The translations under genes and the position numbers were made by a program. This document shows positions 35,325-49,096 of a DNA stretch of 64,000 nucleotides, in pieces (the stretch's first letter is position 1; each line of letters starts with the position of its first letter). Source of the DNA: Octopus sinensis (Eukaryota); assembly GCF_006345805.1 (NCBI RefSeq), contig NC_042999.1:151590001-151654000 (forward strand), in the 5' to 3' direction. The notes beneath the pieces were generated by a model. That model had not been told where the DNA came from, made no database searches, and was given only the letters and a program-made list of their open reading frames with translations.

Positions 35325-35347
35325 CCTTCTATAAAATATATATATAT

Positions 35348-35408
<61 letters not shown>

Positions 35409-35621
35409 TATATATACATATACACACACATACACACAAAGTATGGAGGTTTAGTTCACAGGTGATCTAAACGATTAGGTATGCTAAGTAAGTACGGTAA
35501 CAGATTACTGGGGCTCCAAGGTTATAGCTGAGACGGTAGTTATGGAGCCATTCCACATTTCCGATGCAGCGGGTATATAATTGTTAAACAGGACGTCAAT
35601 TATTAAGGCAAGGCAAATAAA

Positions 35622-36600
35622 TCATATATTACCGTAATATAGATCACGCGGGTCTCCCCCCAATGTTCCTAATTTCCGCAGTAGTGGCTCGAGAGCCAGC
35701 ATATACAGGAGCAGAGACAAGGGGCAGCCCTGGTGAACTGAACGTTCAATAGCGAATGGGCACAAGAAGAACCCATTCATCCGGACGACAGATTCGATGT
35801 TACAATATAAAGCTTCGATCCAGCCTCGGAAAGTCGAACCCAATCCCACCGCCCGGAGGATCGCCGCCAGATAACGATGGTCGACCCTATGTCTTCGCCT
35901 CTCCCATCAGGTCGCCCACGACAGTCCTCATTCTCTTGGCCAAAATCTTTAACTCTGTGTTTATCAGAGTAATGAGTCTGAAATTTCTTACTTTATCCCC
36001 CTTGCTCGGGTCTTTCCTGATCAGTGTCACAACTCCTCGGCTCACAGATTTGGGAATTCTCCCATTCTGCTGCCAATTCGCGTCTGTTATACTCTTATAA
36101 AATTCGTAAGGTAGACCATCCAATCCCGACGACTTGTCTCCAGGGCTCTCGGAAAGCACTTCTATAACCTCCTTAGCCGTGATCGGCCCTTCACAGCGCT
36201 CAGCATCGCGAGCCGAAAGATACGGGCCACCGGCCAGGAAATCCCGTAAGGAATCCCCATGGCCCCTCCCGAACAACGTAGCAAAGTGCTCGGGAAAGGC
36301 CTTGCACATATCTTCCTGTCCTTCGATCTTCTGTCCTTGTTCGTTAACCACAGACCTAATCGTGACATCTACGCTACGTTTGGTTTCTACCAAGCGAACC
36401 CACCCGGCAACGTCGATACCCTCGTAACCCAGTGCATGTACTTTAGCTCGAACTCTGCATCCTTCGTGTTTGGCATTGAGGTGTCGCTCCAAGGCCGATC
36501 TCGCCGCCAAAACTTGGGGTGCAGAGCCCATTCTCAGCGCCTCTTCTAACGCCTTGACTAAATCCCTTTCTACTCTAGTCTGCTCTAAACTTAGCTACTT
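35622..36600 (-). mobile_element. L1/Tx1-clade LINE ORF2 fragment
   Basis: KSSGLDGLPYEFYK, NFRLITLINTELKILAK, SVHQGCPLSLLLYMLALEPLLRKL. Confidence 0.85.
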
Positions 36601-36833
36601 GCTAAATATTCGGAATTTTCTGCTCCGTCTAAGGGACATTATAAAAAGTGGTAAATATCCACCGAATCTAGTTTTCAATGTCGACAAATTTGGGGTATTT
36701 TGGACGTTTTACTGTAACGTGGTTTTCGATCAGTCCCACTGTACGGCACCATGGGTAAATGTCTTCTGCTACAGCCCCTAGCCAACTAAAGTCTCGTGAG
36801 TGAAATTGGTAGACGAAAATTATTGGAAGTCCA

Positions 36834-36873
<40 letters not shown>

Positions 36874-36888
36874 GTGTGTGTGTATGTA

Positions 36889-36948
<60 letters not shown>

Positions 36949-37063
36949 GCAGACAGACAGACAGACAGACAGACTGTCTTATAGACTATCCCTTGTTGTT
37001 AAACGATGGATGAGGGTTCTGCAATTTCTTACCGAACAATCTGCACAGATGCCTTGCATATAT

Positions 37064-38055
37064 TGTTACGTACCACCTGCCGTCGCTCAGACTCTTCGGA
37101 AAACCCGGGACCCTACCAAGTCGAGCGACGACGATTGACCGGCTCGATCGAACGGGGAATTCGCCACGGAAAGAGAGAATTCGGTGGGGGAGAATGGCAG
37201 CGAACCCGGCAACCGACGACCAGAGAGAACAACAACAACAACAACAGCATGAAGAGATACAGAGAGAGACGGCGGAAGGCAATCGGCTTACATTAACAAC
37301 AGTTTATGACAATCATTACAATATCAGATACAATGTAAAATACATCAGATACACCAAAGAAAATACAAGCAACAGAATCAACAGCATGCATATACAATAC
37401 AGTCCAGAGACAACAGTTCAAATCAGTTCAATCAAATAATGTTCACGATACAGTTCAATGTTCAAATCACATTAAAGTCTTTCTCTTTTTCCTCTTTCCT
37501 TCTTTCTCTTTTCCGCAATTCACAGTTCTTTCCCCCTTTTTTTTAACACATCAATTCTTTCTTTTACATTTCACATCAAAATACAACAACCAAAAGACAC
37601 AAACAAAACTTTACCGAACGTTTCTTTCCAGTTTGCAACAATTTCAGAAACTACTACCATAATAGCCACCGCCTTCTATCCGCCGTAAGCCCTCTCTCTC
37701 GATCTCAGTCCTCCCACGATGTAGTTGCCTTTCCCATCGCCACCTTCCTGGCTGACCGTCCGTATCACTCCTGTCTCTGGCCAAAACCGACGACCGACTG
37801 CTTGCAATCCCAACTGCCGACTGCCTGACAAACTCCGAGCGCATTGCATTTTAAAGGGTGGTCTCTTAAACTTTCCTTGACCGGTACAGGGCCAAAGGTC
37901 TCCTCCGAATACATAAACCTCCCCAGAAACTGACAGAACAAAAAATTTACCCGTCTCCCTGACGCCAGATCACAAAAGTAGGTCGCAGCACTCTTATTTT
38001 CTGAACTGAACTGGCCTCCATATCAATATGATCAAATGATTGTGTTGCACGTAAG
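37064..38055. mobile_element. Related solo-LTR-like element in opposite orientation; right end uncertain
   Basis: Starts TGTTACG and shares motifs (CCGTCGC, CGCCACGGAA, GAGATACAGA) with the reverse complement of the 33331 end. Confidence 0.5.
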
Positions 38056-38694
38056 CTCACTCCCTCTATCAAATTGACATTACCTGTACAGGTGCACAAG
38101 TGTGTCAAGCGTCAAATGTCGAAATAATAGCAGAGCAATGTACACAACGTCCCACGCGCTCTGGGAATCGAAACCATGATGGTGATATCGTGAGTGAAAC
38201 ATCCTAACCACTAGGCTATACGCCTTCACTAAACACCCATACACACACACGCACATTAGATACATGGATATATATATATATATATATTCTTACATAAGTA
38301 TGTATGTATGTATGTATGTATGTATGTATGTATGTATGTATGTATGCATGTATGTATGGATATATGCATGTGTATGTACATATGTACGTATGTATGTATG
38401 ATGTATATATGTATGCATGCATATGTTTGTGTATGTGTCCGTTTCCTTTGCCACTTGAAAGCTGGAGTAGATCTGATTACGTCCACATAAATGTATGATT
38501 CACAAAAAAAAAAATCCCAATAGAGTAGTACCGGACCTTACAATGGATTACATGAGTCAATTTGAACGAGTGATTCCTTCAAGGCGGTGCTCCAGCATAA
38601 CCGCAGTCCAGTAACTGAAACAAATAAAAGAATAAAGGACTAAAGAATCTCAAAGGAGTAAAGAATGGCAACGGAGTATGGTACAACATAACAA

Positions 38695-39519
38695 ATATTC
38701 TTTTCTACTCTAGACACAAGGCTCGAAATTTCTGGGGAAGGGGCCAGTCGTTTAAATCGACACCAGTACGAAACTGGTACTTAATTTATCGACCTCGAAA
38801 GGATGAAAGGTAAAGTCGACCTCGGTGGAATTCGAACTCAAAACGTAGCGGCAGACGAAATACCTATTTCTTTACTACCCACAAGGGGCTAAATACCCTG
38901 AGCATTTCGCCCGGCGTGCTAACGTTTCTTATTTCTTTATTGCCCGCAAGGAGCAAAACATAGAAGAGACAAACAAGGATAGACAAAAGGATTAAGTCAA
39001 TTATATCGACTCTAGTGCGTAACAGGTACTTTATTTATCGACCCCGAAAGGATGAAAGACAAAGTCGACCTCGGCGGAATTTGAACTCAGAACGAAGTGG
39101 CAGACGAAATACCTATTTCTTTACTACCCACAAGGGCTAAACACAGAGAGGACGAACAAGGACAGACAAACGGATTAAGTCGATTATATCGACCCCAGTG
39201 CGTAACTGGTCCTTAATTTATCGACCCCGAAAGGATGAAAGGCAAAGTCGACCTCGGGGGAATTTGAACTCAGAACGTAACGGTAGACGAAATATCTATT
39301 TCTTTACTACCTACAAGGGGCTAAACACAGAGAGGACAAACAAACGGATTAAGTCGATTATATCGACTCCAGTGCGTAACTGGTACTTTATTTATTGACC
39401 CCGAAAGGATGAAAGGCAAAGTCGACCTCGGCGGAATTTGAACTCAGAACATAGCGGCAGACGAAATACCGCTAGGCATTTCGCCCGGCGTGCTAAAGAT
39501 TCTGCCAGCTCGCCGCCTT
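38695..39519 (-). mobile_element. SINE family B, four head-to-tail units
   Basis: Unit of about 180-240 bp; GAAAGGATGAAAG recurs at about 38797, 39046, 39229 and 39403. Confidence 0.9.
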
Positions 39520-39985
39520 TCAACGAGACAAATATTGTCTCAGGTTTGCTGGTCGGTGCAAATATTATTGGTGACGTGAAACTTAAGTCATTGCTTGTTT
39601 TTCATTTGGTTCTCCAAGAGCAATGAAAGACATCTCCATGCGTAATCTGCCTTTCATATGGAAACCTAGCAGAAAACAAAAACTTGATTACGCCGGCTTT
39701 GTTTACCGAATTATTTGTGGAACTTTTCTGCCTTGCTGTCAAAAGTTACAGTGAGAAAAATAATTTCGATCCCAAGGCATTTCTACTTTTGTAAAAACGC
39801 CCCTGGTCATCTTTTCAATCACGATTCATTGCGAACGAGCGTACCTGGTGAACTACATTACGTCTCTGTAAACACAATTTCACTATTTACTACGTCAGCA
39901 TATTATCTTAGAAGATCTTGAAGTTGATTATAGCAACGGTATTAAACATCAGGCCATCAAAGAGTTCAGGAAAATTACATTATGC
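39520..39985 (+). pseudogene. Second copy of the pogo/Tigger transposase fragment
   Basis: Near-identical to 8653-9117; an upstream motif remnant GKYPPNLVFNVDKFGVFW (cf. FNVDETGLFW) lies at about 36650-36703. Confidence 0.75.
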
Positions 39986-40637
39986 AAATTAATAAATGAA
40001 GAAAGAAAGAAGTCTTAAAGATGTTTGGAAATGAAGTTATGCAGAAGAGTGGATGTGTAGTAAGAAGTTTGCTTCCCAACTGCATGATTCCGAGTTCAGT
40101 CCCACTGGGGGCAGCTTGAGCAACTGATTAGTATTATAGCGGCGAGCTGGCAGAAACATTAGCACGCCGAAATGCTTAGCGGTATTTCGTCTGCGTTACG
40201 TTGTGAGTTCAAATTCCGCCGAGGTCGACTTTGCTTTTCATCCTTTCGGGGTCGATAAATTAAGTACCAGTTACGCACTGGGGTAATACCTATGTCTGTC
40301 CTTGTTTGTCCCCTCTGTGTTTAGCCCCTTGTGGGTAATAAAGAAATAGGTATTATAGCTTTAGGCCAACCAAACGTCTGTGGGTGAATTTGAAGGACGG
40401 AAGCCGAATTTTTTAAATGAGTTAATTTCTTTAATAAAGATATTGACGTGTGTGTGTGTGTGTGTGTGTATGCATACGTTTGTTTGTTTGTGTGTGTGTG
40501 TGTTATCCGAAAAGTAAAGTGTGGGTAGATGTGGTGTTTTACACCTTTTACTATAAAGGAGAACCCCCCATACACATATACACGCTAACTGCAGTGAATT
40601 TACCTTTAGAAGTTGAAATATGTCAGAAAGATATTTG

Positions 40638-40878
40638 CTAGCTCGAGGACCTCAGTGCTGGTGATGTAGTCGCTGCAGTAAGTGTTGAGGTACGGAGGCA
40701 ACAAGGTTGGTGAAAATGTTTGAGGAGTCTGAGATGATAGCAGTAGGGGACCCAAGACTCAGAGCCATATTGGAGCTTCGTGAGAACGACGGCCCTGCAG
40801 ACGCTGACTTTTGTGCTAATCTTAAGATGTTTGTCGTTCCACACACGCTTGTACAGTTTGTCAAATGCTTTGTTTGAC
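40638..40878 (-). mobile_element. RTE/BovB-like LINE C-terminal fragment
   Basis: TKVSVCRAVVLTKLQYGSESWV motif. Confidence 0.7.
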
Positions 40879-40954
40879 TCTATATATATATAATACTATA
40901 TTTGTTCCACGTCCTCGCGTTGTTGTGTTTTTTTTTGTGCTTTCTTGTTTGGAT

Positions 40955-41010
<56 letters not shown>

Positions 41011-41211
41011 AATCACCAATAAATAAACAATAAAAAGCAACATCAGTCAATTAGATGTACACAGTGAATGTATTGGGTGAAAGTTTTAGATGTAAAAATA
41101 GGTGTGGAAATGACGTCCGAGCATGGTTCTTCGTGGGAAAAAGGAAAAAGCCCAGAGAGGAGGGCAAGTAGTTAATTTGGCGTTAAGCAAGTATGTCATT
41201 ACATGGTCGAA

Positions 41212-41295
<84 letters not shown>

Positions 41296-41357
41296 GTAGG
41301 TAGATAGATCGATAGATAGATAGATAGATAGATAGACAGACAGACAAACAGACAGAC

Positions 41358-41406
<49 letters not shown>

Positions 41407-41920
41407 TAGATAGATTCACACATACACGCACATATATATATGTGTGTGTGTGTGGAGGTGTGCCTCATTGTCTTGACATGACGTGTTAATTGCAAACAAG
41501 TATCACCGTCATACAAGCGGTGCTGTTCATTTCTAGTCTTTACTTTACGTGGAAAAAAAAATTTAGGGCTGGCAACAAGAAAGCATCTGGGCGTGGAAAT
41601 CCGCTATAAGTGATTTGCGCAAGCATGAAAAAGTGAACTTGATAACGACGACGACGACGACGATGATGCATAGAATCAGATAACTAAATGAAAATCAAAA
41701 TAAGGTGAGCAGTTCCATTTGGCAAACATCGTTCAGGCATCTGTCCCTTGTTTACTTCGCACGTCGATTTTTTTCTAATTATTTTGTTTTTACATGCTCA
41801 AAACACTCATGTTCATATATATTGGCAATTCATAGTAATAGTCCCCTCCAAGTTATGCGCTTGTACGCGTGAATGCATGTTTTACATGTAGCGCACGAAG
41901 TAAAAAAAAATGTAGAGAAT

Positions 41921-42103
41921 AGGCGCTGCATGGCTGTGTGGTAAGAAGCTTGCTTCCCATCCACATGGTTCAGGGTTCAGTCCCACTGCGTGGCATCTTG
42001 GGCAAGTGTCTTCTACTATAGGCTCGGGCCAACCAAAACCTTGTGGTAGCCGGAAACAGAAAGAAGCCCGTTGTATATATATATATGTGTATATTTGTGT
42101 GTA

Positions 42104-42151
<48 letters not shown>

Positions 42152-42329
42152 TGTGTATGTATGTGTGTGTTTGTCTCCGAAACTTAGCGGTTCGGCAAAA
42201 GCGATCGATAGAATAAGCACTAGGGTTACAAAGAATAAGACCTGGGATTGATTTGTTCGACTAAAGGCGGTGCTCCAGCATGGTCGCAGTCAAATAACTG
42301 AAACAAGTAAAATAATAAAAGAATAATAA
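41921..42329 (+). mobile_element. SINE family A copy
   Basis: Match to 1-430. Confidence 0.85.
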
Positions 42330-43424
42330 GATCAATTTTTTTTTTTAATTCAAGAAATAAATTGTATAATTAATTTCACAATAAAATCTGAAATAAAGCT
42401 CTTTTAAAATGGTATGCATTTACTTAGATGGTCACGGCGTATTTAAAATATGGTTACTCGCGTGTATGTGCGCATACTTGACCACGTAAAACAAAATTAG
42501 CGTGCAAGTAAGTTTCTGTGCACACCCGCAACAAGAAGTTAGAAGGAATATTGTTCATAACTTGGGTGGTAGCAACCCCCTGGTGGGTGTTGTCAGCTCA
42601 GAAGAGGGCGGCAAATGTCAAACGACGCTACGGGTGGTCGCCGGGTGTTTAATAGGGGTGTGATTATTCTTGGAGATAAAATAGTAAAACCAGGTACATT
42701 AGTTATATTTTAAACACATTTTAAAAAAGTATATTTGATGGTATTAGAATATATATTGTATTATCATTGAGCACACACACACACACACACCACACACCAC
42801 ACACACACACACGTATATTTCTACATAATGGTTTCAAATTTTGGAACAACTCCAGCAATTTTACAGGAAGGAGTAGGTCGATTACATCGACACCAACATA
42901 AAAAGCAAAGTCGACCTCGACAGCATTTGAATTCAGAGCGTAAATCCAGATAAAATGTCGCTTAGTATTTTGTCCGGCGAGGTAACGATTCTGCCTAGCT
43001 AGTCGCTTTAAAATAATAATGGTCAGTAATTTGGGAGTGGGGATAAGTCGATTTACATCCTTAAAAGGGATGAAAGACAAAATCGACCTCGACGTAATTT
43101 GAACTCAGAACGTATAGAAAGACGAAATGCCTATTTCTTTACTACCCACAAGGGGCTAAACATAGAGAGGACAAACAAGGACAGACAAATGGATTAAGTC
43201 GATTATAAGGACCCCGGTGCGTAACTAGTACTTAATTTATCGACCCCGAAAGGATGAAAGGCAAAGTCGACCTCGACGGAATTTGAACTCAGAACGTAAC
43301 AGCAGACGAAATACCGCTAAGCATTTTGCCAGATTCTGCTAGATTGCTGCCTTAATGCATTTATACATGATATTAGCCAATATGAAATCGTTAGTTGTGT
43401 GACCCTTCTAGTTGCGCTATACAT

Positions 43425-43465
<41 letters not shown>

Positions 43466-43687
43466 TGGCAGTTATTTCTAGCAAGTAGAGCAACCTCGTA
43501 GATACTTTCTCTGGTAAATTCTAATATATCGCCACATATTAGTAACGAAAGAGATGATTATAGCATTAAAGGAAGTTGAAGAGAAAGCTCGGAAATAGGA
43601 TAATGAACACTACGTGGTGTTTACAGAGTTGACAAAAGCGTCTAATACTTTGTCCAGAGGCAATAAAGAAGGTTCTTTCAAATACAG

Positions 43688-44540
43688 TCATTCCAGACTG
43701 TCATTTTCATCAAACCAGTCTCTGTGTCTGGCAGTAGCATATCCTAGTGTTTCAGCAGCACATTGAAAAACCTGGTCTCGAAAATCTTCCCACGCTGTAA
43801 TATTTTCAATGCTGGGAAAACGATTCTGAAACTCTTTCCTCGTTACAGCATTATATATCTTATGGACATTCAGACGCTGAAGAATGCCAACTGGACTTCT
43901 TCTTTCTTTCATTCTGATCATCATCCGAAACTTTGTTCGCACCAGGCTGTGGTCTGTCCAGCACTCCGAACCATGAAAGGACTTGACATAACACAAATGT
44001 CACAGACGTCACGCTTGCGAATGATGACATAATCCAGCGAGTGTCAAACTTTAGACCTTGGGTGTAGCCACGTTGCTGCGTGATCACCTCTATGCATAAA
44101 ATGAGTGCTTGCGATCTAAAGTCCATATTCTCCGCAAAGCTCCAGAAACATGAGACCATTGCTATTCATCTTCCCTATACCAAAACGTCCAAGTGAATTC
44201 CACATCTGCCAATTTGTTCCAACCCTGGCATTGAAATCACCTTGTAGAATGACTTAATCAGAATTGGGGATTTTTCTAAGTATTGTTCTCAGTTTGGTAT
44301 AGAAAATAGTTTTATCTTAATCACAACTGGCCAAAGTAGGTCCAACCGCCCACCTCTCAGGTGCAAACGTAGAATCATTAGACGATCATTTATAAGAACA
44401 GAAAGCTCCTCCAACTTATTAAGGATTTCAGATCGAACTGCAAAGCCAACACCAGCCTCTCTGCGCTCCTCCATCGGCTTCCCCCCCCCCAAAAAAGGGT
44501 TTGTCCACCTCCTACTTCCTCAAGCTGACCATCACCTTGT
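43688..44540 (-). mobile_element. RTE/BovB-like LINE APE-endonuclease fragment
   Basis: EAGVGFAVRS, GDFNARVG, ECWTDHSLVR, RHRDWFDEND motifs across frameshifts. Confidence 0.8.
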
Positions 44541-44840
44541 TAGAATGAATGATAGCAGGACCCCTAAACAGATGCTATATGGGGAACTTGTTAGTGGAAA
44601 GTGTATGTTTGTCAAGAGCAGGGCTCGTTAGTCACCAACGGAGCAGCAAGTGTGAAGTATAAGGTAGTCTTGAGTGCCCAATGTTCCTGAAGGTCAGCAA
44701 TGGTCTTCCTCGGTCACGAGCGAAAAGCCAACATGTATATATATATACATCATTATTCGGTTTTATTTCAAGATTTCTTGCCAATAGACAAAGAGTCGGT
44801 TTGTAACCTAGATCCAAGGCTCTTTCATTAGAATTTCAAC

Positions 44841-45180
44841 ATGTATGTATGTATGTATGTATGTATGTATGTACGTACGTACTTACGTATGTATGTATGT
44901 ATGTATGTATGTATGTATGTTTGTATGTATGTATGTTTGTATGTATGTATGTATGTACGTACGTACATACGTATGTATGTATGTATGTATGTATGTATGT
45001 ATGTATGTATGTATGTATGTATGTATGTATGTATGTATGTATGTTTGTATGTATGTATGTATGTATGTACGTACGTACTTACGTATGTATGTATGTATAT
45101 TTGTATGTATGCATGTATGTATGTATTATGTATGTATGTATGTATGATGTATGTATGTATGTACGTACGTATGTATGTTT
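44841..45180. repeat. (TATG)n microsatellite, representative of dozens of TA/TG/TATG/GATA tracts in the window
   Basis: Direct reading; such tracts generate the IY/YVCM/HT-rich spurious ORFs. Confidence 0.95.
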
Positions 45181-45442
45181 GTGTGTATTTATGTACGTGC
45201 TTGTGAAAGCGTAAGTTTGTCGTCACCAACGCTTGACAACCTGTGTTGGTTTGTTTACGTCCCCACTACGGAGCGGTTCGGCCTCAGTAACCGATAGAAT
45301 AAATACCATACTTAAGAAAAAAAAACCCATATATACTGGGGTCAACTTGTTCGACTAAAACCCTTCTAGGCGTTATTACAGCATGGCCGCAGTTCAATGA
45401 GACAAGTAAAAGATAAAAGATATATATTATGCAGACATGTAT

Positions 45443-45846
45443 ACTCTTTTACTCTTTTACTTGTTTCAGTCATTTGACTGCGGCCATGCTGGAGCACCGC
45501 CTTTAATCGAGCAACTCGACCCCGGGACTTATTCTTTTGTAAGCCCAGTACTTATTCTATCGGTCTATTTTGCCGAACCGCTAAGTAACGGGGACATAAA
45601 CACACCAGCATCGGTTGTCAAGCAATGCTAGGGGAACAAACACAGACACACAAACACACACACGCATATATATATATATATACGACGGTCTTCTTTCAGT
45701 TTCCGTCTACCAAATCCACTCACAAGGCTTTGGTCGGCCCGAGGCTATAGTAGAAGACACTTACCCAAGATGCCACGCAGTGGGACTGAACCCAGAACCA
45801 TGTGGTTGGTAAACAAGCTACTTACCACACAGCCACTCCTGCGCCT
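45443..45846 (-). mobile_element. SINE family A copy, young
   Basis: Match to 16132-16550. Confidence 0.9.
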
Positions 45847-46461
45847 TTGTATATATATAAACACATACACAGGTACACAGACATGTACACACATATGTGC
45901 ATACATGCATATATGAATGTGATGTAATGTACATGCACCGGCATGCTTCTACTAGATGACATACATAGATTCGTGTTTATGACGAATGCCTGTGAGTGGG
46001 TTGTGATTTCTATACATTTGAGAACGAGTGGGAGTAAATCAAGGGTGAGCGAGTGAGTGTGAGTGTGTGCTTGAGAGAGAGAGGGGGGGGAGAGGGAAGG
46101 AGAGAGAAGTTCCTGATGAAAACAAACTCAGAAAAAAAAATGCCTGCTTTGCATATCGTTAAAAATAATAGCCACAGGCATTTTGAATGAATGACTGTTT
46201 TGATTTTTCGTTCAATATTATTTTGATTGAGAATAAGAAAAACTATGTTAAAAAACAAAGTAACGCGAGAAATGCGTGTGAGAAGAGAGATGTGCGTGTG
46301 CGTGGGTGGTGGGGGAGTGCAGTCGGAGAGGGAAGACAGGGGTGGTGGTGGTGGTGGTGTTGCTATTTCAGCAAAGATCATTTCGGAAGGAAGAATAAAA
46401 ATGTACGGAGATCTGCAATCACGAATCTGTTGAATGTGTATATGTATGGATGTAACGAGGC

Positions 46462-46492
<31 letters not shown>

Positions 46493-46524
46493 TGTATGTA
46501 TGTATGTATGTATGTATGTATGTA

Positions 46525-46932
46525 TCTCTTTTACTTGTTTCAGTCATTTGACTGTGGCCATGCTGGAGCACCGCTTTTAGTCGAGCAAATCCACCCCAGG
46601 TCTTATTCATTGTAAGCCTAGTACTTATTCTGTCGGTCTCTTTTTGCCGAACCGCTAAGTTACGTAAACACACCAAGCGAATGTTGGGGGTGGGGGTGGG
46701 GGTGGAGGGCAAACATACACACACACACACACACACACTCATACATACATGCATATATATATATATATATATACACACAGACATATATACGACGGGCAAA
46801 TCCACTCACAAGGCTTTGGTCAGCCAGAGACTATAGTAGAAGACACTTGCCCAAGGTGACAAGCAGTGGGACTGAACCCGGAACTATGTGGTTGGTAAGC
46901 AAGCTACTTACCACACAGCCACTCCTACGCCT
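46525..46932 (-). mobile_element. SINE family A copy
   Basis: Match to 16132-16550. Confidence 0.85.
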
Positions 46933-46989
46933 ATGTATGTATGTATGTATGTATGTATGTATGTATGTATGTATGTATGTGTACATATG

Positions 46990-47808
46990 TATATCATTAT
47001 TCAGTTTTATTTCAAGATTTCTTGTCAATAGAGAAAGAACCGGTTTCTAACTTAGATCTAAGGCCCCTTCATTGGAATTTCAACATCAACAACAGGGTAC
47101 ATTTGTATGTATGTATGTGCAGATTTGTATGTTTTATGTATGTATTCTCATGCATATAATTACATATTTAGACATGCTTATATATATTTAAATGATAAAC
47201 TTCTGGAAAGTTTTACAGATTTTTATAGTTTCCAGTGATGGATTGGATGTGTAGTCTTCGAATTAGCTTTCTCTTTTCTGGTTTTGAGAAGCCTAATTTC
47301 TCAAGATTGGTATTTAGGCAGTGTGTTACATATCCCAGGACCCCAATAATTACAGGTATAAACGTGAACTTATAATCTGGATAGAGTAACTGCAGATTTC
47401 TTAATAGTACAGCACAGGTGTTCTCTTCTTCACTGATTTTCAGCTTTATGTTAACATCCACTGGGCAGCTAATTTCCACAACTGCGCACAGTTTCTCTTC
47501 TCTATCCCAAATCATTATATCAGGTCTGTTTCATTGAGGTCTTCACTGGTACATTTCACCAGTATTCCTTTTTATTTATGAATGGCTATGGCTTCTACCA
47601 TATTGTGGGTTCTTATTTCTTTGTCTTCGGGATTATACTTCCGACGGATTTCATTATAGAGTGTCCTAGCTACAACGTCATGTCTCATCGATAGGTAATA
47701 TCGTGATGACATTTTCGGACAACTGCTTATGATGTGGGTGATATCTTCAGTGTGAACTCCACGAAGTCTGCATCGTTTGTCACATTTTACGGCTTTTCCT
47801 GCATCTCT
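46990..47808 (-). mobile_element. 5'-truncated RLE-type (R4/Dong-like) non-LTR retrotransposon with 3' UTR
   Basis: Degenerate CCHC (CRLRGVHTEDITHIISSCP), RHD, NRPDIMIWD...VEISCP restriction-like endonuclease motifs; (TATG)n on both sides. Confidence 0.8.
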
Positions 47809-48008
47809 ATGTATGTATGTATGTATGTATGTATGTATGTATGTATGTATGTATGTATGTATGTATGTATGTGTATGTATGTATGTATGTACGTACGTAC
47901 GTACGTACGTACGCCAAAAGTAAAATTATATTGTATTTTCTGAAAGCTGAAACTTTACGATGTTACAATAGTTTCTCGTTTTCGATATTGGGAACGAGAA
48001 ACTGACAA

Positions 48009-48437
48009 GTTTCTTATTTCTTATTTCTTTATTGCCCACGGGGAGCTAAACAAAGAGGGGACAAACAAGGACAGACAAACGGACTAGGTCGATTACATCG
48101 ACCCTAGTGCGTAACTGGTACTTAATTTATCGACCCCGAAAGGATGAAAGGCAAAGTCGACCTCGGAGGAATTTGAGCTCAGAACGTAACGGCAGACGAA
48201 ATACCTATTTCTTTACTACCCACAAGGGGCTACACACAGAGAGGACAAACAAGGACAGACAAACGGATTATGTCGATTATATCGACCCTAGTGCGTAACT
48301 GGTACTTATTTAATCGATCCCGAAAGGACGAAAGGCAAAGTCGACCTCGGCGGAATTTGAATTCAGAACGTAGCGGCAGAGGCAATAGCGCTAAGCATTT
48401 CGCCCGGCGTGCTAACGTTTTTGCCAGCTCGCCGCCT
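48009..48437 (-). mobile_element. SINE family B, dimer
   Basis: Same unit twice; further copies at about 20560-20720, 40138-40350, 42870-43352, 50425-50635 and 58047-58500. Confidence 0.88.
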
Positions 48438-48520
48438 CTTCATCCTGACAAGTTTCATGATCCATTATAGGATTTGAAGTTAGATATGGCCTGAGCCAAT
48501 AATGGCCATGCATAAGTGTT

Positions 48521-49096
48521 AGGCGTAATTGTGTGGTAAGAAGTTTGCTTCCAAACCACATGGTTCTGGGTTCAGTCCCACTACCTAGCACCTTGAGCAA
48601 GTGTCTTCTACTATAGCCTCGGGCCGACCAAAGCCTTAGGGGTGGATTTGGTAGACGGAAACGGAAAAATACACTTCGCATATATATGCGTGCATGCGTA
48701 TGTGCGTGTGTGTTAGTGTGTGTGTGTTTGTGTATGCGTGCGTGTGAGCACTAGCGTATCTTGGGTGGATGTTCCGCCCCGGGCGACACTTTTCCTCCTG
48801 TTGTAGACTATTGCTGTAGACAATATGTTTTTTGTGGGGTCCGAGGGCGGCAAACGGATGGGCCGCCCTGGGCAGCACACACTCTAGCTACGCTAGTGCG
48901 TGTGAGCGCGAGTCGGTGTATTTATGTCGCCGTAAACTAGCGGTTCGGTAAAAGAGATCGATAGAATAAATATCAAGATAAAAACAAAACTAAGTACTGA
49001 AGTTGATTCATTCGAATAAACAACAATGCTTCAAGGCGGTACCCCAGCATGGCCGTAGTCTGGTAACTGAAACAAGGAAAACACAAAAGATAAAAA
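48521..49096 (+). mobile_element. SINE family A copy interrupted by a hAT-type MITE
   Basis: Head at 48521-48670, tail at 48915-49096. Confidence 0.8.
48749..48898. mobile_element. 150-bp hAT-type MITE
   Basis: TIR CACTAGCGTA/TACGCTAGTG; perfect 8-bp TSD CGTGTGAG (48741-48748 and 48899-48906). Confidence 0.88.
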
